Source of the DNA: an uncultured delta proteobacterium
GTDB taxonomy: Bacteria; Desulfobacterota; Binatia; Binatales; Binataceae
Reading direction: 5' to 3'
Assembly: GCA_963711565.1 (NCBI GenBank)
Contig: CAVQEQ010000004.1
Coordinates: forward strand, 992,001 to 1,056,000
Length of the DNA stretch: 64,000 nucleotides
Positions 1-9,712 of this stretch are shown here, one piece after another; positions within the stretch are counted from its first letter, which is position 1, and each line of letters starts with the position of its first letter. The translations under genes were made by a program, and so were the position numbers. Below the pieces are notes generated by a model. It searched no databases, had not been told where the DNA came from, and saw only the letters and a list, made by a program, of their open reading frames with translations.

Positions 1-537
1 TCGCGCTTGCTCAAGGACCGGATCGTTTTCCTGGGCGGCACCGTGACCGACGATCTCGCCAACCTGGTCACCGCACAACTGCTGTTCCTCGAGTCCGAGG
101 ATCCCGAGCGCGAAATCAACATGTACATCAACTCGCCGGGTGGCTCGGTCACCGCCGGCCTGGCAATCTACGACACGATGCAATTCGTGAAGCCTCCCGT
201 CTCGACGCTGTGCGTAGGCCAGGCCGCCAGCATGGGATCGCTCCTGTTGGCCGCGGGAGCCAAGGGCAGGAGATACTCGCTGCCGCACTCGCGAATACTG
301 ATCCATCAGGTCTCCGGCGGCTTCGAGGGGCAGGCCAGCGATATCGAGATTCACGCACGCGAGGCTTTGCGTCTTCGCGAAATCCTCAACGACATTCTTG
401 CTCATCACACCGGCCAGAACGTTAAGAAGATCGAAAAGGATACCGACCGCGACAACTTCATGTCCGCGGCGCAGGCCGTCGAGTACGGACTTATCGACGA
501 AGTGATTGCGGGGCGGCCGATCAAGGCCTCGCTCTAG
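1..537 (+). CDS. clpP: ATP-dependent Clp protease proteolytic subunit (5' end outside window)
   Basis: [30 protein letters not shown] (catalytic Ser), [13 protein letters not shown] motifs; frame open from base 1. Confidence 0.97.
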   Translation, partial: SRLLKDRIVFLGGTVTDDLANLVTAQLLFLESEDPEREINMYINSPGGSVTAGLAIYDTMQFVKPPVSTLCVGQAASMGSLLLAAGAKGRRYSLPHSRILIHQVSGGFEGQASDIEIHAREALRLREILNDILAHHTGQNVKKIEKDTDRDNFMSAAQAVEYGLIDEVIAGRPIKASL

Positions 538-561
538 CCGATAAACGGGCCGCGCTCGCCC

Positions 562-3066
562 ATGGACGCGCAACACATTCTCGAAAGCCCGGCAATCGAA
601 AAGGTCGAACGGTTCCGAATTCGCGGCATGCACTGCGCGAATTGCGCGGACACAATTGAAAAGGCCGTCGCGCCGATTCCCGGCGTCATCGACGCCCATG
701 TGAATTTCGCCGCCGAGACGCTTACCGCACGCGTCACCGACGAACTTGCAGCCGGTACGATAGAGGCGAAGGTCGCGGCCGCCGGCTACAGCGCGGTCGC
801 CGAGACGGGAATCGTTGGCGCGGGCGAATCGGCCCTTGATCGCCTCGACGCGCGCCGCAACCTGGAGTGGGTGATCGCGAGTGCGATTGGCGCCGCCGTT
901 GTCATGTATCTGCAGGACGGCGAGAGCCTCGCCGCGCGCATCGCGACGCTGGTCGTCGCCAGCGCGCTGATGTTCACCGCCGGCCTGACGTTTTACCGCG
1001 GCGCGTGGATGGCCGCGCGCAACCGCACCGCGAATATGGATACCCTGGTCGCGCTCGGAATCAGCGCGGCGTACCTTTATTCGATCCTCACGACATTCCC
1101 GGAAGTGTTCTTCGCCGGTCCGCGATTCTTCGATACCGCTATCGAGCTGATCCTTTTCATTCGCTTCGGTAAATTGCTCGAGGCGCGCGCTCGCGGCCGG
1201 GCGATGGCGGCGTTGCGGTCCTTGCTGACGCTGGTCCCCGATGTCGCAACGATGGTGCGCGACGGTAAGGAGTTCGTCGTGCCGGTTTCTGAGTTGGCCG
1301 TCGGCGACATCGTGCTGGTCAGGCCGGCGTCCAGAATTCCGGTTGACGGTGTGATAGTCACCGGCGCCAGCGCCATCGACGAGTCGATGCTCACGGGCGA
1401 GTCGATGCCGCTCGACAAGGCGGCGGGCGCCGAGGTTTCAGGCGGCACCCTTAACACCGCGGCCGCGATCACGGTGCGTGCGACGCACGTTGGCTCTGAG
1501 ACTGTGCTTGCGCAGATCGTCAGAATGGTTGCGGACGCGCAGGGCGACAAGGCTCCGATTCAGCGCGTCGCCGATGCGGTTGCCGCGCGATTCGTGCCCG
1601 CAGTGATCGCGATCGCGATCTTCACTTTCATCGCGTGGATGTGGCTCGGCCCAAGTCTCGTGATGGCGTTGACGGCGATGACCGCGGTGCTGGTGATCGC
1701 GTGCCCGTGCGCGATGGGACTGGCGACTCCGACCGCGCTCATGGTTGGCAGCGGGCTCGGTCTGCGCAGCGGAATCCTGTTCAAGCGGGCTTCGGCGCTC
1801 GAGTTGATTACGAAAATCCGCGTCATTCTGTTCGACAAGACCGGTACTCTGACCGCCGGCAGGCCGGAACTCGAGGCGATTGTCACGCTCGACGGCGACC
1901 AAAATAGTGCGCTGTCCTTCGCCGCAGTCGCCGCCGCCGGCTCGATTCATCCGCTGTCGCGAGCGGTCACTGCCGGCGCGCAAGCACGAAATCTCGCCCC
2001 TCAGTCCACTCCCGAAAACTCGCTCGAGAAACCGGGCATGGGCGTTACCGCCGAGCATCAGGGAAAGCAGATTGCGCTCGGCAACGACCGTCTGATGACG
2101 GAAGTCGGCGCCAGTATCGATTCTCGCGCCCGCGACGAGGCCGCACGCATTGCGGCATCTGCGGCGACGCCATTGTTCCTCGCGATCGATCGCAAAATAG
2201 CCGCGGTGCTGGCTTTCCGCGATCCCGTCAAACCCGAGGCGCGCGGCGCGATCGCGGCTCTCCATCGTATGGGCATCCGCGCCGTGATGATTTCCGGCGA
2301 CAATACCGAGGTTGCCAAAACCGTTGCTGCCCGGTTGGGAATCGACGAGTTCCACGCGCAATTGATGCCCGCCGACAAGATTGCGCTGGTTAAGCGCTAC
2401 CAGGAGGCTGGCCAGTTCACCGCGATGGTCGGCGACGGTATCAACGACGCGCCCGCATTGGCGGCCGCCGATATCGGCATCGCGATCGGCTCGGGCACCG
2501 ACGCCGCCAAGGAGACCGGCAACGTCGTGCTCACGCGCGACGACTTGTACGACATCGTGCGCGCGCTGGTGCTCGGCCGCCTGACGCTGAATAAGGTGAA
2601 GCAAAATCTTTTCTGGGCTTTTTTCTACAACGTCCTCGGGATTCCGATCGCCGCCGGCGTCCTGTATCCATCATTTGGAATCATGCTGAACCCCGCGCTG
2701 GCCGGACTTGCGATGGCGCTGTCGAGCGTCAGCGTCGTCAGCAACGCGCTGCTGCTGAATTTAACCGGCCCGCGCAAGTTGGCGGCGGTGGATGCCGAAG
2801 TCGAAGCAGGGCAGGGCACGCCTCCGATTTCTTCAACACTTCCGCAGGTGCGGAGCGGAACTACTGAAAAGAGGGAGACTGCGGTGGCAACCAAACTCAA
2901 GTGCGAGAAGTGCGGCGCCGAGACCGCGATGCCGATGCATTGCAATCGCCCGATGCATTCCGAACAGGTCGGCGCCGAAACCAAACTGGTATGCTGGATG
3001 GGTCCCGATTGCGGCGTCGCCGACGTTCCCAAGCATTGCGGCGCACCGATGCACGACGCGGCCTAG
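562..3066 (+). CDS. copA: Cu(I)-translocating P1B-type ATPase with Cys/His-rich C-terminal extension
   Basis: N-terminal HMA GMHCANC, TGES, CPC, DKTGT, GDGINDAP, YN and MALSS motifs typical of P1B-1. Confidence 0.92.
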   Translation: MDAQHILESPAIEKVERFRIRGMHCANCADTIEKAVAPIPGVIDAHVNFAAETLTARVTDELAAGTIEAKVAAAGYSAVAETGIVGAGESALDRLDARRNLEWVIASAIGAAVVMYLQDGESLAARIATLVVASALMFTAGLTFYRGAWMAARNRTANMDTLVALGISAAYLYSILTTFPEVFFAGPRFFDTAIELILFIRFGKLLEARARGRAMAALRSLLTLVPDVATMVRDGKEFVVPVSELAVGDIVLVRPASRIPVDGVIVTGASAIDESMLTGESMPLDKAAGAEVSGGTLNTAAAITVRATHVGSETVLAQIVRMVADAQGDKAPIQRVADAVAARFVPAVIAIAIFTFIAWMWLGPSLVMALTAMTAVLVIACPCAMGLATPTALMVGSGLGLRSGILFKRASALELITKIRVILFDKTGTLTAGRPELEAIVTLDGDQNSALSFAAVAAAGSIHPLSRAVTAGAQARNLAPQSTPENSLEKPGMGVTAEHQGKQIALGNDRLMTEVGASIDSRARDEAARIAASAATPLFLAIDRKIAAVLAFRDPVKPEARGAIAALHRMGIRAVMISGDNTEVAKTVAARLGIDEFHAQLMPADKIALVKRYQEAGQFTAMVGDGINDAPALAAADIGIAIGSGTDAAKETGNVVLTRDDLYDIVRALVLGRLTLNKVKQNLFWAFFYNVLGIPIAAGVLYPSFGIMLNPALAGLAMALSSVSVVSNALLLNLTGPRKLAAVDAEVEAGQGTPPISSTLPQVRSGTTEKRETAVATKLKCEKCGAETAMPMHCNRPMHSEQVGAETKLVCWMGPDCGVADVPKHCGAPMHDAA

Positions 3067-3075
3067 CAGATCGCG

Positions 3076-3858
3076 TTGTTCCAACACTGGTTTCTGCTCC
3101 CCGTCGGCGTTGCGATCAGCACGCTCGTGATGTCGGCGGGCGTGTCGGGCGCGACACTCTGGGTGCCCGTCTATCTGTTGTGGCTCAAGCTCGAAGCGCC
3201 GGTTGCGTTTTGGCTGGGGTTGCTCACGATGCTGTTCGGGTTTGGCAGCGGCGTCACTCGCAACTTTCGCGACGGTACTTTCGATGGCGTCCTCGTCCGT
3301 CGCTACCTGCTCGTCGCGGTTCCCGCGGCCCTCGTCGGCGGATGGGTGTCAGGCTCGGTCAATCAGGCGTTGCTCGTCGCGCTCTTCGGCGCGTTTCTCA
3401 TTGTGTATGCGATCGTGATTGGCGGCCGCGCACTTGGGATGCGCAGCGACAGCGATCGCCACGACCGGGTTCCTGTCTCAATCGCACTGACAGGCGGCGC
3501 GCTCACGGGGCTCATCTCGATCGGAATTGGAATCCTGGCGATGCCCTCCGTGGTGGGTCACCGAGCGAGCCGTTCGCCCGGCGCCGCGATCGGATCCCTT
3601 GTCATGATTATCTTTTTCACCAGCCTGGCGGCGGCCATTGGCCGAATGCGTCCGTCGCTCATCTCGGAGTTGCGGCGCGACTCCACGCAGATCATCGCGA
3701 TCGCAATCTGGGCGGTGCCGGGAGTTATAGTCGGCGGACAGATCGGTCCGCGCATCGCGCAGATGCTCCCGTCAGAACGTCACGCGCGCTTGTACTGCAG
3801 CGCGATTTTGCTGGTCGTCGGCGTACTGACTCTGGTCCGCGCAGCCGCGATCCGCTAG
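3076..3858 (+). CDS. TauE/SafE (sulfite exporter) family membrane protein
   Basis: ~8 hydrophobic helices in two repeats (AGVSGA..VP, ISIGIG..MP), G.QIGPRIA motif. Confidence 0.75.
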   Translation: MFQHWFLLPVGVAISTLVMSAGVSGATLWVPVYLLWLKLEAPVAFWLGLLTMLFGFGSGVTRNFRDGTFDGVLVRRYLLVAVPAALVGGWVSGSVNQALLVALFGAFLIVYAIVIGGRALGMRSDSDRHDRVPVSIALTGGALTGLISIGIGILAMPSVVGHRASRSPGAAIGSLVMIIFFTSLAAAIGRMRPSLISELRRDSTQIIAIAIWAVPGVIVGGQIGPRIAQMLPSERHARLYCSAILLVVGVLTLVRAAAIR

Positions 3859-4087
3859 AGCAGCGTATCACGTCGCCGATGCCGTTTGCGCTCACGTCGT
3901 TGACTCGATCGTCGAAGCGATGGTCTCCCAGGCGCGTCGCCCGCTCGGGATAGAGTTGCATCTCGGCCTGAACAAATTCAGAGACTTGCTTTCTGAACGC
4001 GCGATTCGGCGCCGACGCGGTTTGCGCAATCGCCGGCGTGCAGACTGAGACGACCAGCACGATCGCGAGATGAGCGGCTATCTTCAT
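3859..4087 (-). pseudogene. 5' remnant of a DUF885-like secreted protein, truncated at the tauE stop
   Basis: MKIAAHLAIVLVVSVCTPAIA signal peptide, then PERATRLGDHRFDDRVNDVS resembling the DUF885 N-terminus; similarity ends at the convergent gene. Confidence 0.65.
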
Positions 4088-4101
4088 CGCGAGCTGAGGC
4101 G

Positions 4102-4842
4102 CTACTTCAGCGTGCCTGCGAACAATTCCGTCAACTTGTCGAACGCGCGGTCGGCTTGCGGCTGGTTGTAAACCGGAGCGTCCGGCACCGTCCAGCCATG
4201 GAACGCGCCTTCGTACACTTCGCTTTGATATTTTCCGCCCCACGCCGCGAGCGCGCGATCGAACTTTTCGATCACTTCCGGAGGCATGCTGCGGTCCTTG
4301 GTCGCGTGTCCGAAGTAGAGCCGCGCCTTGATCCGTGGCAACACCAGATGCGGGCTCGTCGGCTCGTCGGTATAGAGGCCGCCGCCGTGGAATGACGCCA
4401 CCGCCGCAACTTTGTCAGGCATCGCGGCCGCCGTGCGCATCGCGAAGGACCCCGTGAAGCAGTAGCCGACGACGCCGATCGATCCCGCGCTGACGGCACT
4501 ATGCTCCGCGAGAAAATTGACGTAAGCCTTCCCGTCGCGCTCGACCGCTTCAGGAGTCATCGGTGCCCGCAGCTCGCCAAATCGCTTCATGGTGCGCTCA
4601 TCGCCCATCCCAATCGTGACGTCGATAACCGGCGGCTTGGTCGTGCGATAGAACACGTTGGGCATCAGCACGGTGTAACCTTTCTCGGCCAGCCGCTTCG
4701 CCATCTCGCGATGCGACGGGCGGATGCCGCCGATGTCGGTCAAATGGATCGCCCCCGGCGACCGCCGCGCGCCTTCCGCCCGATAGAGAAAACCGTCAGC
4801 GGTCCCGTCCGGTGTGCGAATTTCAATTGCTTCTTCGATCAT
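4102..4842 (-). CDS. Dienelactone hydrolase family protein
   Basis: GYCFTG nucleophile elbow, SFHGG, HGW; ATG 4842 with AAGGAGAG RBS. Confidence 0.9.
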   Translation of the reverse strand: MIEEAIEIRTPDGTADGFLYRAEGARRSPGAIHLTDIGGIRPSHREMAKRLAEKGYTVLMPNVFYRTTKPPVIDVTIGMGDERTMKRFGELRAPMTPEAVERDGKAYVNFLAEHSAVSAGSIGVVGYCFTGSFAMRTAAAMPDKVAAVASFHGGGLYTDEPTSPHLVLPRIKARLYFGHATKDRSMPPEVIEKFDRALAAWGGKYQSEVYEGAFHGWTVPDAPVYNQPQADRAFDKLTELFAGTLK

Positions 4843-4942
4843 AATTCTCTCCTTCAATTCCTGCGGGTGAGTCCGATCCATATACCACAGAGCAGGGAGT
4901 TCCGGCGCTTTCATCGAAGGGATAGGGCTGGGACTATGGCAA

Positions 4943-5731
4943 TTGATGCCGAGCCGGACTCATCAATTCTACGCGGTGGCCTTCGAGGAAAACTTCTCGC
5001 TCCGCCAGATTGCGCCCGCGTTTCCCGAAGCGAGAACGTCACCGCTCGAGCTGTTTGTGCCGATCGAGTCCGACGGCGGCCTCTACATCTTTCCCTTCGG
5101 CGCCATCGTCACGCACGACGTTCCGGTCGATCAGCGCGAGCGCATCTTCGGACGCCTCACCCAGGTCCTGCCAAAACTCACCACCCGCATCATCCGAGAG
5201 GATTACTCCGTGCTCGAAGATCCCGAGGCGCCGATCGGCATTTCCGCCGGGATGCTTCGCGTCAACAAGCTCACGCCGCAGCGCGCGGGAATCGTCGCGC
5301 TGACGGTCGCCCAGAGCGCCGCGATGGAATACTACGAGCGCATCGTGGACAGCCTTTTCGCACGGACCGCGCAGTTGGTCGATCGGATGGCATCGAAGGG
5401 CACTGTGCCCTACCGGATTACCCCGCTGCATCGCTTCATCGGCGAGGCGATTTCGTCGCGCACAGAAGTTCTCGCCGTCCTTCACCTGCTCGACAAGCCC
5501 GACGCCGCGTGGGAAGACCCCGCGATGGATCTCATCTACGACGACCTGCGCGACGAATTCGATCTCGTCGATCGCTACGCCGCGCTGACCAGCAAGCTGC
5601 AGAGCATCCAGGACTCTCTCGTGCTGGTCCTCAACGTCGCGCGCGATCGCCGCCTGGTATTGCTCGAAGTCATCGTCGTGCTGCTGATCCTGCTCGAGAT
5701 TATCTTGGGCGTCATACACTTCACCTCGTAA
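4943..5731 (+). CDS. RMD1/YagE (DUF155) family protein
   Basis: YIFPFGAIV, VAQSAAMEYYE, LDKPDAAWED, C-terminal LEVIVVLLI TM helix. Confidence 0.85.
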   Translation: MMPSRTHQFYAVAFEENFSLRQIAPAFPEARTSPLELFVPIESDGGLYIFPFGAIVTHDVPVDQRERIFGRLTQVLPKLTTRIIREDYSVLEDPEAPIGISAGMLRVNKLTPQRAGIVALTVAQSAAMEYYERIVDSLFARTAQLVDRMASKGTVPYRITPLHRFIGEAISSRTEVLAVLHLLDKPDAAWEDPAMDLIYDDLRDEFDLVDRYAALTSKLQSIQDSLVLVLNVARDRRLVLLEVIVVLLILLEIILGVIHFTS

Positions 5732-5848
5732 GCGTTTCTCCGCGCTACGGCTTAATATTGCCGAAACACTGGTCTGGTAGGTTTGTCATCGCGCGAACTT
5801 TAGCCTCGCGCTTGCGCGATCGCGCGCTTGTACTATCGAGGACATGCG

Positions 5849-6266
5849 ATGTCAGACGAAAAGGGAATCGATATCGGACTTCTCCTGCCGGGACAGTACG
5901 TTCGACCTGGTCAGGCGGAATCACGTTATCGAGGGCGAGCTGAAACTCCTGCTGGCGGTTCTGGAAGACGCGATTCGATGCTACCTGCGAAACGTGAACG
6001 CGCAGGACGGCGAGCGCCGCCGCGATTTCATCGAGGTCCGGAACTGGTTCGAGGGCAACGGTAGAGCCCGCGATATTTTCAGCTTCGAAAATCTTTGCGC
6101 CGCGCTTGGCATCGAGCCGCGCATCCTGCTCGCGCGGATGCGTATTCTGACCATCGGCGATCTGCCGTCGCGACGCTACCAGATGCGCCGCCATCGCCCT
6201 CTGTCGAGCCTGCGAAATGCCAACGGCCTGCGTCAGCGAGCCACCGCCCGCTCGCACGGTTCTTAA
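5849..6266 (+). pseudogene. Conserved hypothetical protein with apparent +1 frameshift at 5900
   Basis: GAGGA RBS then MSDEKGIDIGLLLPGQY; an extra G, then FDLVRR..GELKLLLAVLEDAIRC..FSFENLCAALGIEP in the next frame. Confidence 0.65.
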
Positions 6267-6270
6267 TACC

Positions 6271-6292
6271 GGGTGCAGGGGTCACCCCTGCC
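6271..6292 (+). repeat. Partial copy of repeat family B (central hairpin only)
   Basis: GGGTGCAGGGGTCACCCCTGCC, identical to the core of the 19448 copy. Confidence 0.8.
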
Positions 6293-6301
6293 CAGGGAAG
6301 C

Positions 6302-6324
6302 GTGAAACCCACGGAGGGTTTCAC
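6302..6324. terminator. Probable terminator hairpin between convergent genes
   Basis: GTGAAACCC-acgga-GGGTTTCAC followed by ATTTAA. Confidence 0.5.
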
Positions 6325-6336
6325 ATTTAATAAGGT

Positions 6337-6846
6337 TCAATCGAATATCCATCGCGTAGCGCTGCCCTGGAACTCACCCGGCGTCGCATCGACGCCAATC
6401 ACCTTGCGCGGACGCACGGCGAAAATCGGCCCCATGTCGAGCACCGTCTCAACCTTCAAGTCCCACTGGTACTTGGGATTGTACGCTTCGACGAAGCGGC
6501 GAATCGCAGCCGCATCCGTAATTCTCTCCGCGACGCCTTCGAGCGAGACTGCCTGGATGCCGTCTTCGGGGCACACGACGCAATTCGGATTCGCAGCGAG
6601 GTTGCGCGCCTTGCGCGACCTCGCACCGCTGCTGAAGTAGAACGCCTCGTCGAGCCAAATCCCCCAGACCGGCACGCAATGCGGCCGGCCGTCGGGACAC
6701 GTAGTCGCCACCCAGTAGTTGCGCGAACGCGTCAACCGCTCGACCGCCCATTCCCACGGCAACAGCCCGCGCCCGCCGCTCGCGTCGAGGATTCCGTAAC
6801 CCGGCATGTAAGGCCGGCTCGCTTTAGGCGTCTGCTCGATTGCCAT
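6337..6846 (-). CDS. Pyridoxamine 5'-phosphate oxidase-like (split-barrel flavin/F420-binding) protein
   Basis: LPWEWAVERL, WVATT.PDGRPH.VPVWG, SRKARNLAANP. Confidence 0.85.
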   Translation of the reverse strand: MAIEQTPKASRPYMPGYGILDASGGRGLLPWEWAVERLTRSRNYWVATTCPDGRPHCVPVWGIWLDEAFYFSSGARSRKARNLAANPNCVVCPEDGIQAVSLEGVAERITDAAAIRRFVEAYNPKYQWDLKVETVLDMGPIFAVRPRKVIGVDATPGEFQGSATRWIFD

Positions 6847-6990
6847 AAACGCCACGATCTCATCACGGGATTCCGCGCGCCAGTCATGCGCAACGTCTCG
6901 TCGTGCGCGAATTTTGCCCCCATCTTTCTCTATGAGCGCCCAAGCGCTAAGAACATCGAGTATAAAATTTCTACGGGAGGGGAGTCGGTT

Positions 6991-7527
6991 ATGAAATCAG
7001 CGAAGATACTCGCGATCGTCGCCTGTGCGTGCCTCCTGTCCGTGATCATGATGTACTCGGCGCGTCATGCGTATGCGCAGGACGACGACCAGGTCGATGA
7101 GAACGCTGGGAGCTGGAGCACACCCGGCGGCGGCAGCGCGGACGCGGACGAAGTATCGAGTCCCGATATGAAAAAGCCCCCGCTAGATGTTCAAGGCTGC
7201 TGGGACGGCACGGCCATTGACAACAACCCCACCCTCGGCATGGGAACCGTCATCTTCGAGTCGCTCGAACAGAACGGGAAGAAACTTGAGAAGACGAGCA
7301 ACTTTGACTTCCGGTTTGCCGGCGGCTCATACAACGCGTTGGGCCATCTGACGGGTGCCGTAAGTTCGACGGGATTCACATTCAAAGGCAGTGCGGGTAA
7401 AGGATGTCCGATAAGCGGAAGCGCCACGGGTGACGATACCTCGATGACGGGGAAGTTCAAGTTCGGAAAAAAGTGCAAGCACGATTTCGACAGCGGAACC
7501 TTCGCAATCTTCAATCCTTGCACGTAA
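6991..7527 (+). CDS. Secreted hypothetical protein
   Basis: GGAGGGGAG RBS, signal peptide ending AYA-Q, four Cys in the mature part. Confidence 0.7.
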   Translation: MKSAKILAIVACACLLSVIMMYSARHAYAQDDDQVDENAGSWSTPGGGSADADEVSSPDMKKPPLDVQGCWDGTAIDNNPTLGMGTVIFESLEQNGKKLEKTSNFDFRFAGGSYNALGHLTGAVSSTGFTFKGSAGKGCPISGSATGDDTSMTGKFKFGKKCKHDFDSGTFAIFNPCT

Positions 7528-7598
7528 CGGATTCGCGGCTTCTCAGCCCGCGCGTGCGCTCGCGCGCGATGACGGTTTTGGCAATTCGTTCGCGGCGC

Positions 7599-8357
7599 TC
7601 ACTCGCAGTTTCCCATCGGGCTGGTGACTTTGGCTTTGCCGCTGTTCTTTGACGTACAAGTCGGCGCGACGGTGTCGCTGCCAATGGCTGTAGAGCCGTT
7701 AGTCGCGAGTGCCGTTACATTGCTCCCGGTTTCCTCAGCAGACGCTTCCGCGACGCTGCCGGTGCCCGACGCGGTTGCTTGAGCGTTGCTGCCGCTGTCT
7801 GCCAAGGCGGTCGCGGTCGCGTCCTTTCCCTTCGCGGAGCTGACGGCCTGGGAGCCGCCATCCGCCTCGGCTGTTGCATCGGCGTGCCCCCCCTTCGCGG
7901 TTGCTGTCGCCTCGCTGCCGTTGTCTGCCTCTGCAGTCGCATCGGCGTCCTCTCCCTTCGCGGAGCTGACGGCCTCGCTGCCACCGGGGCCTCCCGCCTC
8001 GGATGTCGAGTCGGCGCTTTTTCCCTTGGCGGTTGCGGTAGCATCGCTGCCGCTTTCGGCCTCGGCGGTTGCGTCGGCGTTCTCTCCCTTCGCGGTCGCT
8101 GCAGTATCACTCCCGCCGGCTGCCTCGGATGTCGCATCGGCGTCCTTTCCCGACGCGTGGGCCTTCGCAGTGTTGGGTGCGCCGGTTTCTGCGTCGCAAG
8201 TGGCCTCAGTACCGTCGGCGCTCGGACCAGACGTAACGTCCGAGCTGGTCGTCGAGCATGACTCGGTACCCGACGCGAACGCCTCGGTTCGAGCCACTAT
8301 GAGAGCGATTCCAACTGCGGCTATCGCCGCCCCCATCTGAACGATTCGTATCCGCAT
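7599..8357 (-). CDS. Secreted Ala/Ser/Gly/Thr-rich tandem-repeat protein (probable beta-solenoid)
   Basis: GGAGGAA RBS, signal peptide ending AFA, ~20-aa repeats AKGxxADATAEAxxGSxAxAT, Cys pair at each end. Confidence 0.8.
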   Translation of the reverse strand: MRIRIVQMGAAIAAVGIALIVARTEAFASGTESCSTTSSDVTSGPSADGTEATCDAETGAPNTAKAHASGKDADATSEAAGGSDTAATAKGENADATAEAESGSDATATAKGKSADSTSEAGGPGGSEAVSSAKGEDADATAEADNGSEATATAKGGHADATAEADGGSQAVSSAKGKDATATALADSGSNAQATASGTGSVAEASAEETGSNVTALATNGSTAIGSDTVAPTCTSKNSGKAKVTSPMGNCE

Positions 8358-8559
8358 AGATTCCTCCGGTGACGACGCATTTAGCAGAGCGGCAAGCAAC
8401 CGACAAATGGCAGTCAGCAACAGTCAGGCCGCGGGGGTTCCGTCTTTACCAGCAGACCTCGGTCTCGTGTGATCGCGGCGCTGGCCTCCTTCACTTGGCG
8501 CGAGGAGGCGCCATCCGTTCCTTCGTGAGGGCGTTGCGATGCGGGAACCCTTCTCTGAG

Positions 8560-8635
8560 TGGTGGGCAGGGAGTGAATCGAACACTCGACACAAGGATTT
8601 TCAGTCCTTTGCTCTACCGACTGAGCTACCTGCCC
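8560..8635 (-). tRNA. tRNA-Phe(GAA)
   Basis: GGGCAGGTAGCTCAG...ACTGAAAAT...TTCGATT...CCTGCCCACCA cloverleaf, 76 nt. Confidence 0.97.
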
Positions 8636-8707
8636 ACCGTGTCTGGACGCGTACGCGATGAGGCGAACCTTCATTGGTACCGATGATTGCGCCGCCTTGC
8701 AACGCCC

Positions 8708-9712
8708 TCACCGCTTGAGACCCGTCACTCGCGACTCGACGAAATCTATCACCTTGCCCTCGAGGTTTACGCCGTCGAGCCGGTCGATCTCCTGCACTCC
8801 GGTCGGACTCGTCACGTTCACCTCGGTCAGGTACTCGCCGATAATGTCCAGACCGACGAAGTACAGCCCGTCGCGCTCCAGCCGCGGCTTCAGCATCCCG
8901 CAGATCTCTCGATCGCGCGCCGTAACCGGCGCCTTCACGCAATTGCCGCCGACATGGATATTGCCGCGATTCTCGTCGTCGCGCGGCACCCGCAGCATGC
9001 ATCCCAGCGGCTCGCCGTCCAGCACTATCAGCCGCTTGTCGCCGTTGCGCGCCTCGGGGATATAGCGCTGGGCCATGATTGGGCGCGATTCGTATTGCGT
9101 CACCGCCTCGAGAATCGCGCCGCGGTTGCGATCTTTCGCCGTCACCAGGAACACGCCTTCGCCGCCGTGGCCGTCGAGCGGCTTCACGATCATCTCGCCG
9201 CCCTGTTCGTCGAGAAAAGTCTTGAGCCGCGGAATTTCGTAGGTCACGAGCGTCGGCGGAATCGCGTCGGGAAAATTCAGCGCGTAGAGCTTCTCGTTGG
9301 CTTCGCGCAGTCCCGCGGGATTGTTGAGCACGAACGTGCGGCTGGAGTCGGCGAGGCTGAGCAGCATCGTCGCGTAAAGATAGGCCGCGTCGGCGGGCGG
9401 ATCCTTGCGCATGAAGATCGTGTCGAAATGTTCAAGCGGATACTCGGCGCCGTCGTCGAGAAACTTGTAGTGAGGATTCCCGCGCCGCGTCAGCTCGCAT
9501 TGCCGCGCTCGCGCGATCACCTTCGGCCCGCGCGCGTAGAGATCGCGCAGCCCGAGAAAATAGATTTCGTGGCCGCGAAACTGCGCCTCGAGCATGAACA
9601 CGAACGTCGTGTCCTTGTCGACGATCACCCGCTCCAGCGGGTCCATGATGAACGCGAACTTGCGCGCCGACGTCTTACTTTTCTTCGCCATCTTCGCCTG
9701 ACCCTTGCCCAT
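8708..9712 (-). CDS. gshB: Glutathione synthetase
   Basis: FIMDP, KDTT, MRKDPP, NEKL, KPLDG.GG, GDKR, RGNIHVGG, TEVNVTSPTG; start may be 9691. Confidence 0.96.
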   Translation of the reverse strand: MGKGQAKMAKKSKTSARKFAFIMDPLERVIVDKDTTFVFMLEAQFRGHEIYFLGLRDLYARGPKVIARARQCELTRRGNPHYKFLDDGAEYPLEHFDTIFMRKDPPADAAYLYATMLLSLADSSRTFVLNNPAGLREANEKLYALNFPDAIPPTLVTYEIPRLKTFLDEQGGEMIVKPLDGHGGEGVFLVTAKDRNRGAILEAVTQYESRPIMAQRYIPEARNGDKRLIVLDGEPLGCMLRVPRDDENRGNIHVGGNCVKAPVTARDREICGMLKPRLERDGLYFVGLDIIGEYLTEVNVTSPTGVQEIDRLDGVNLEGKVIDFVESRVTGLKR

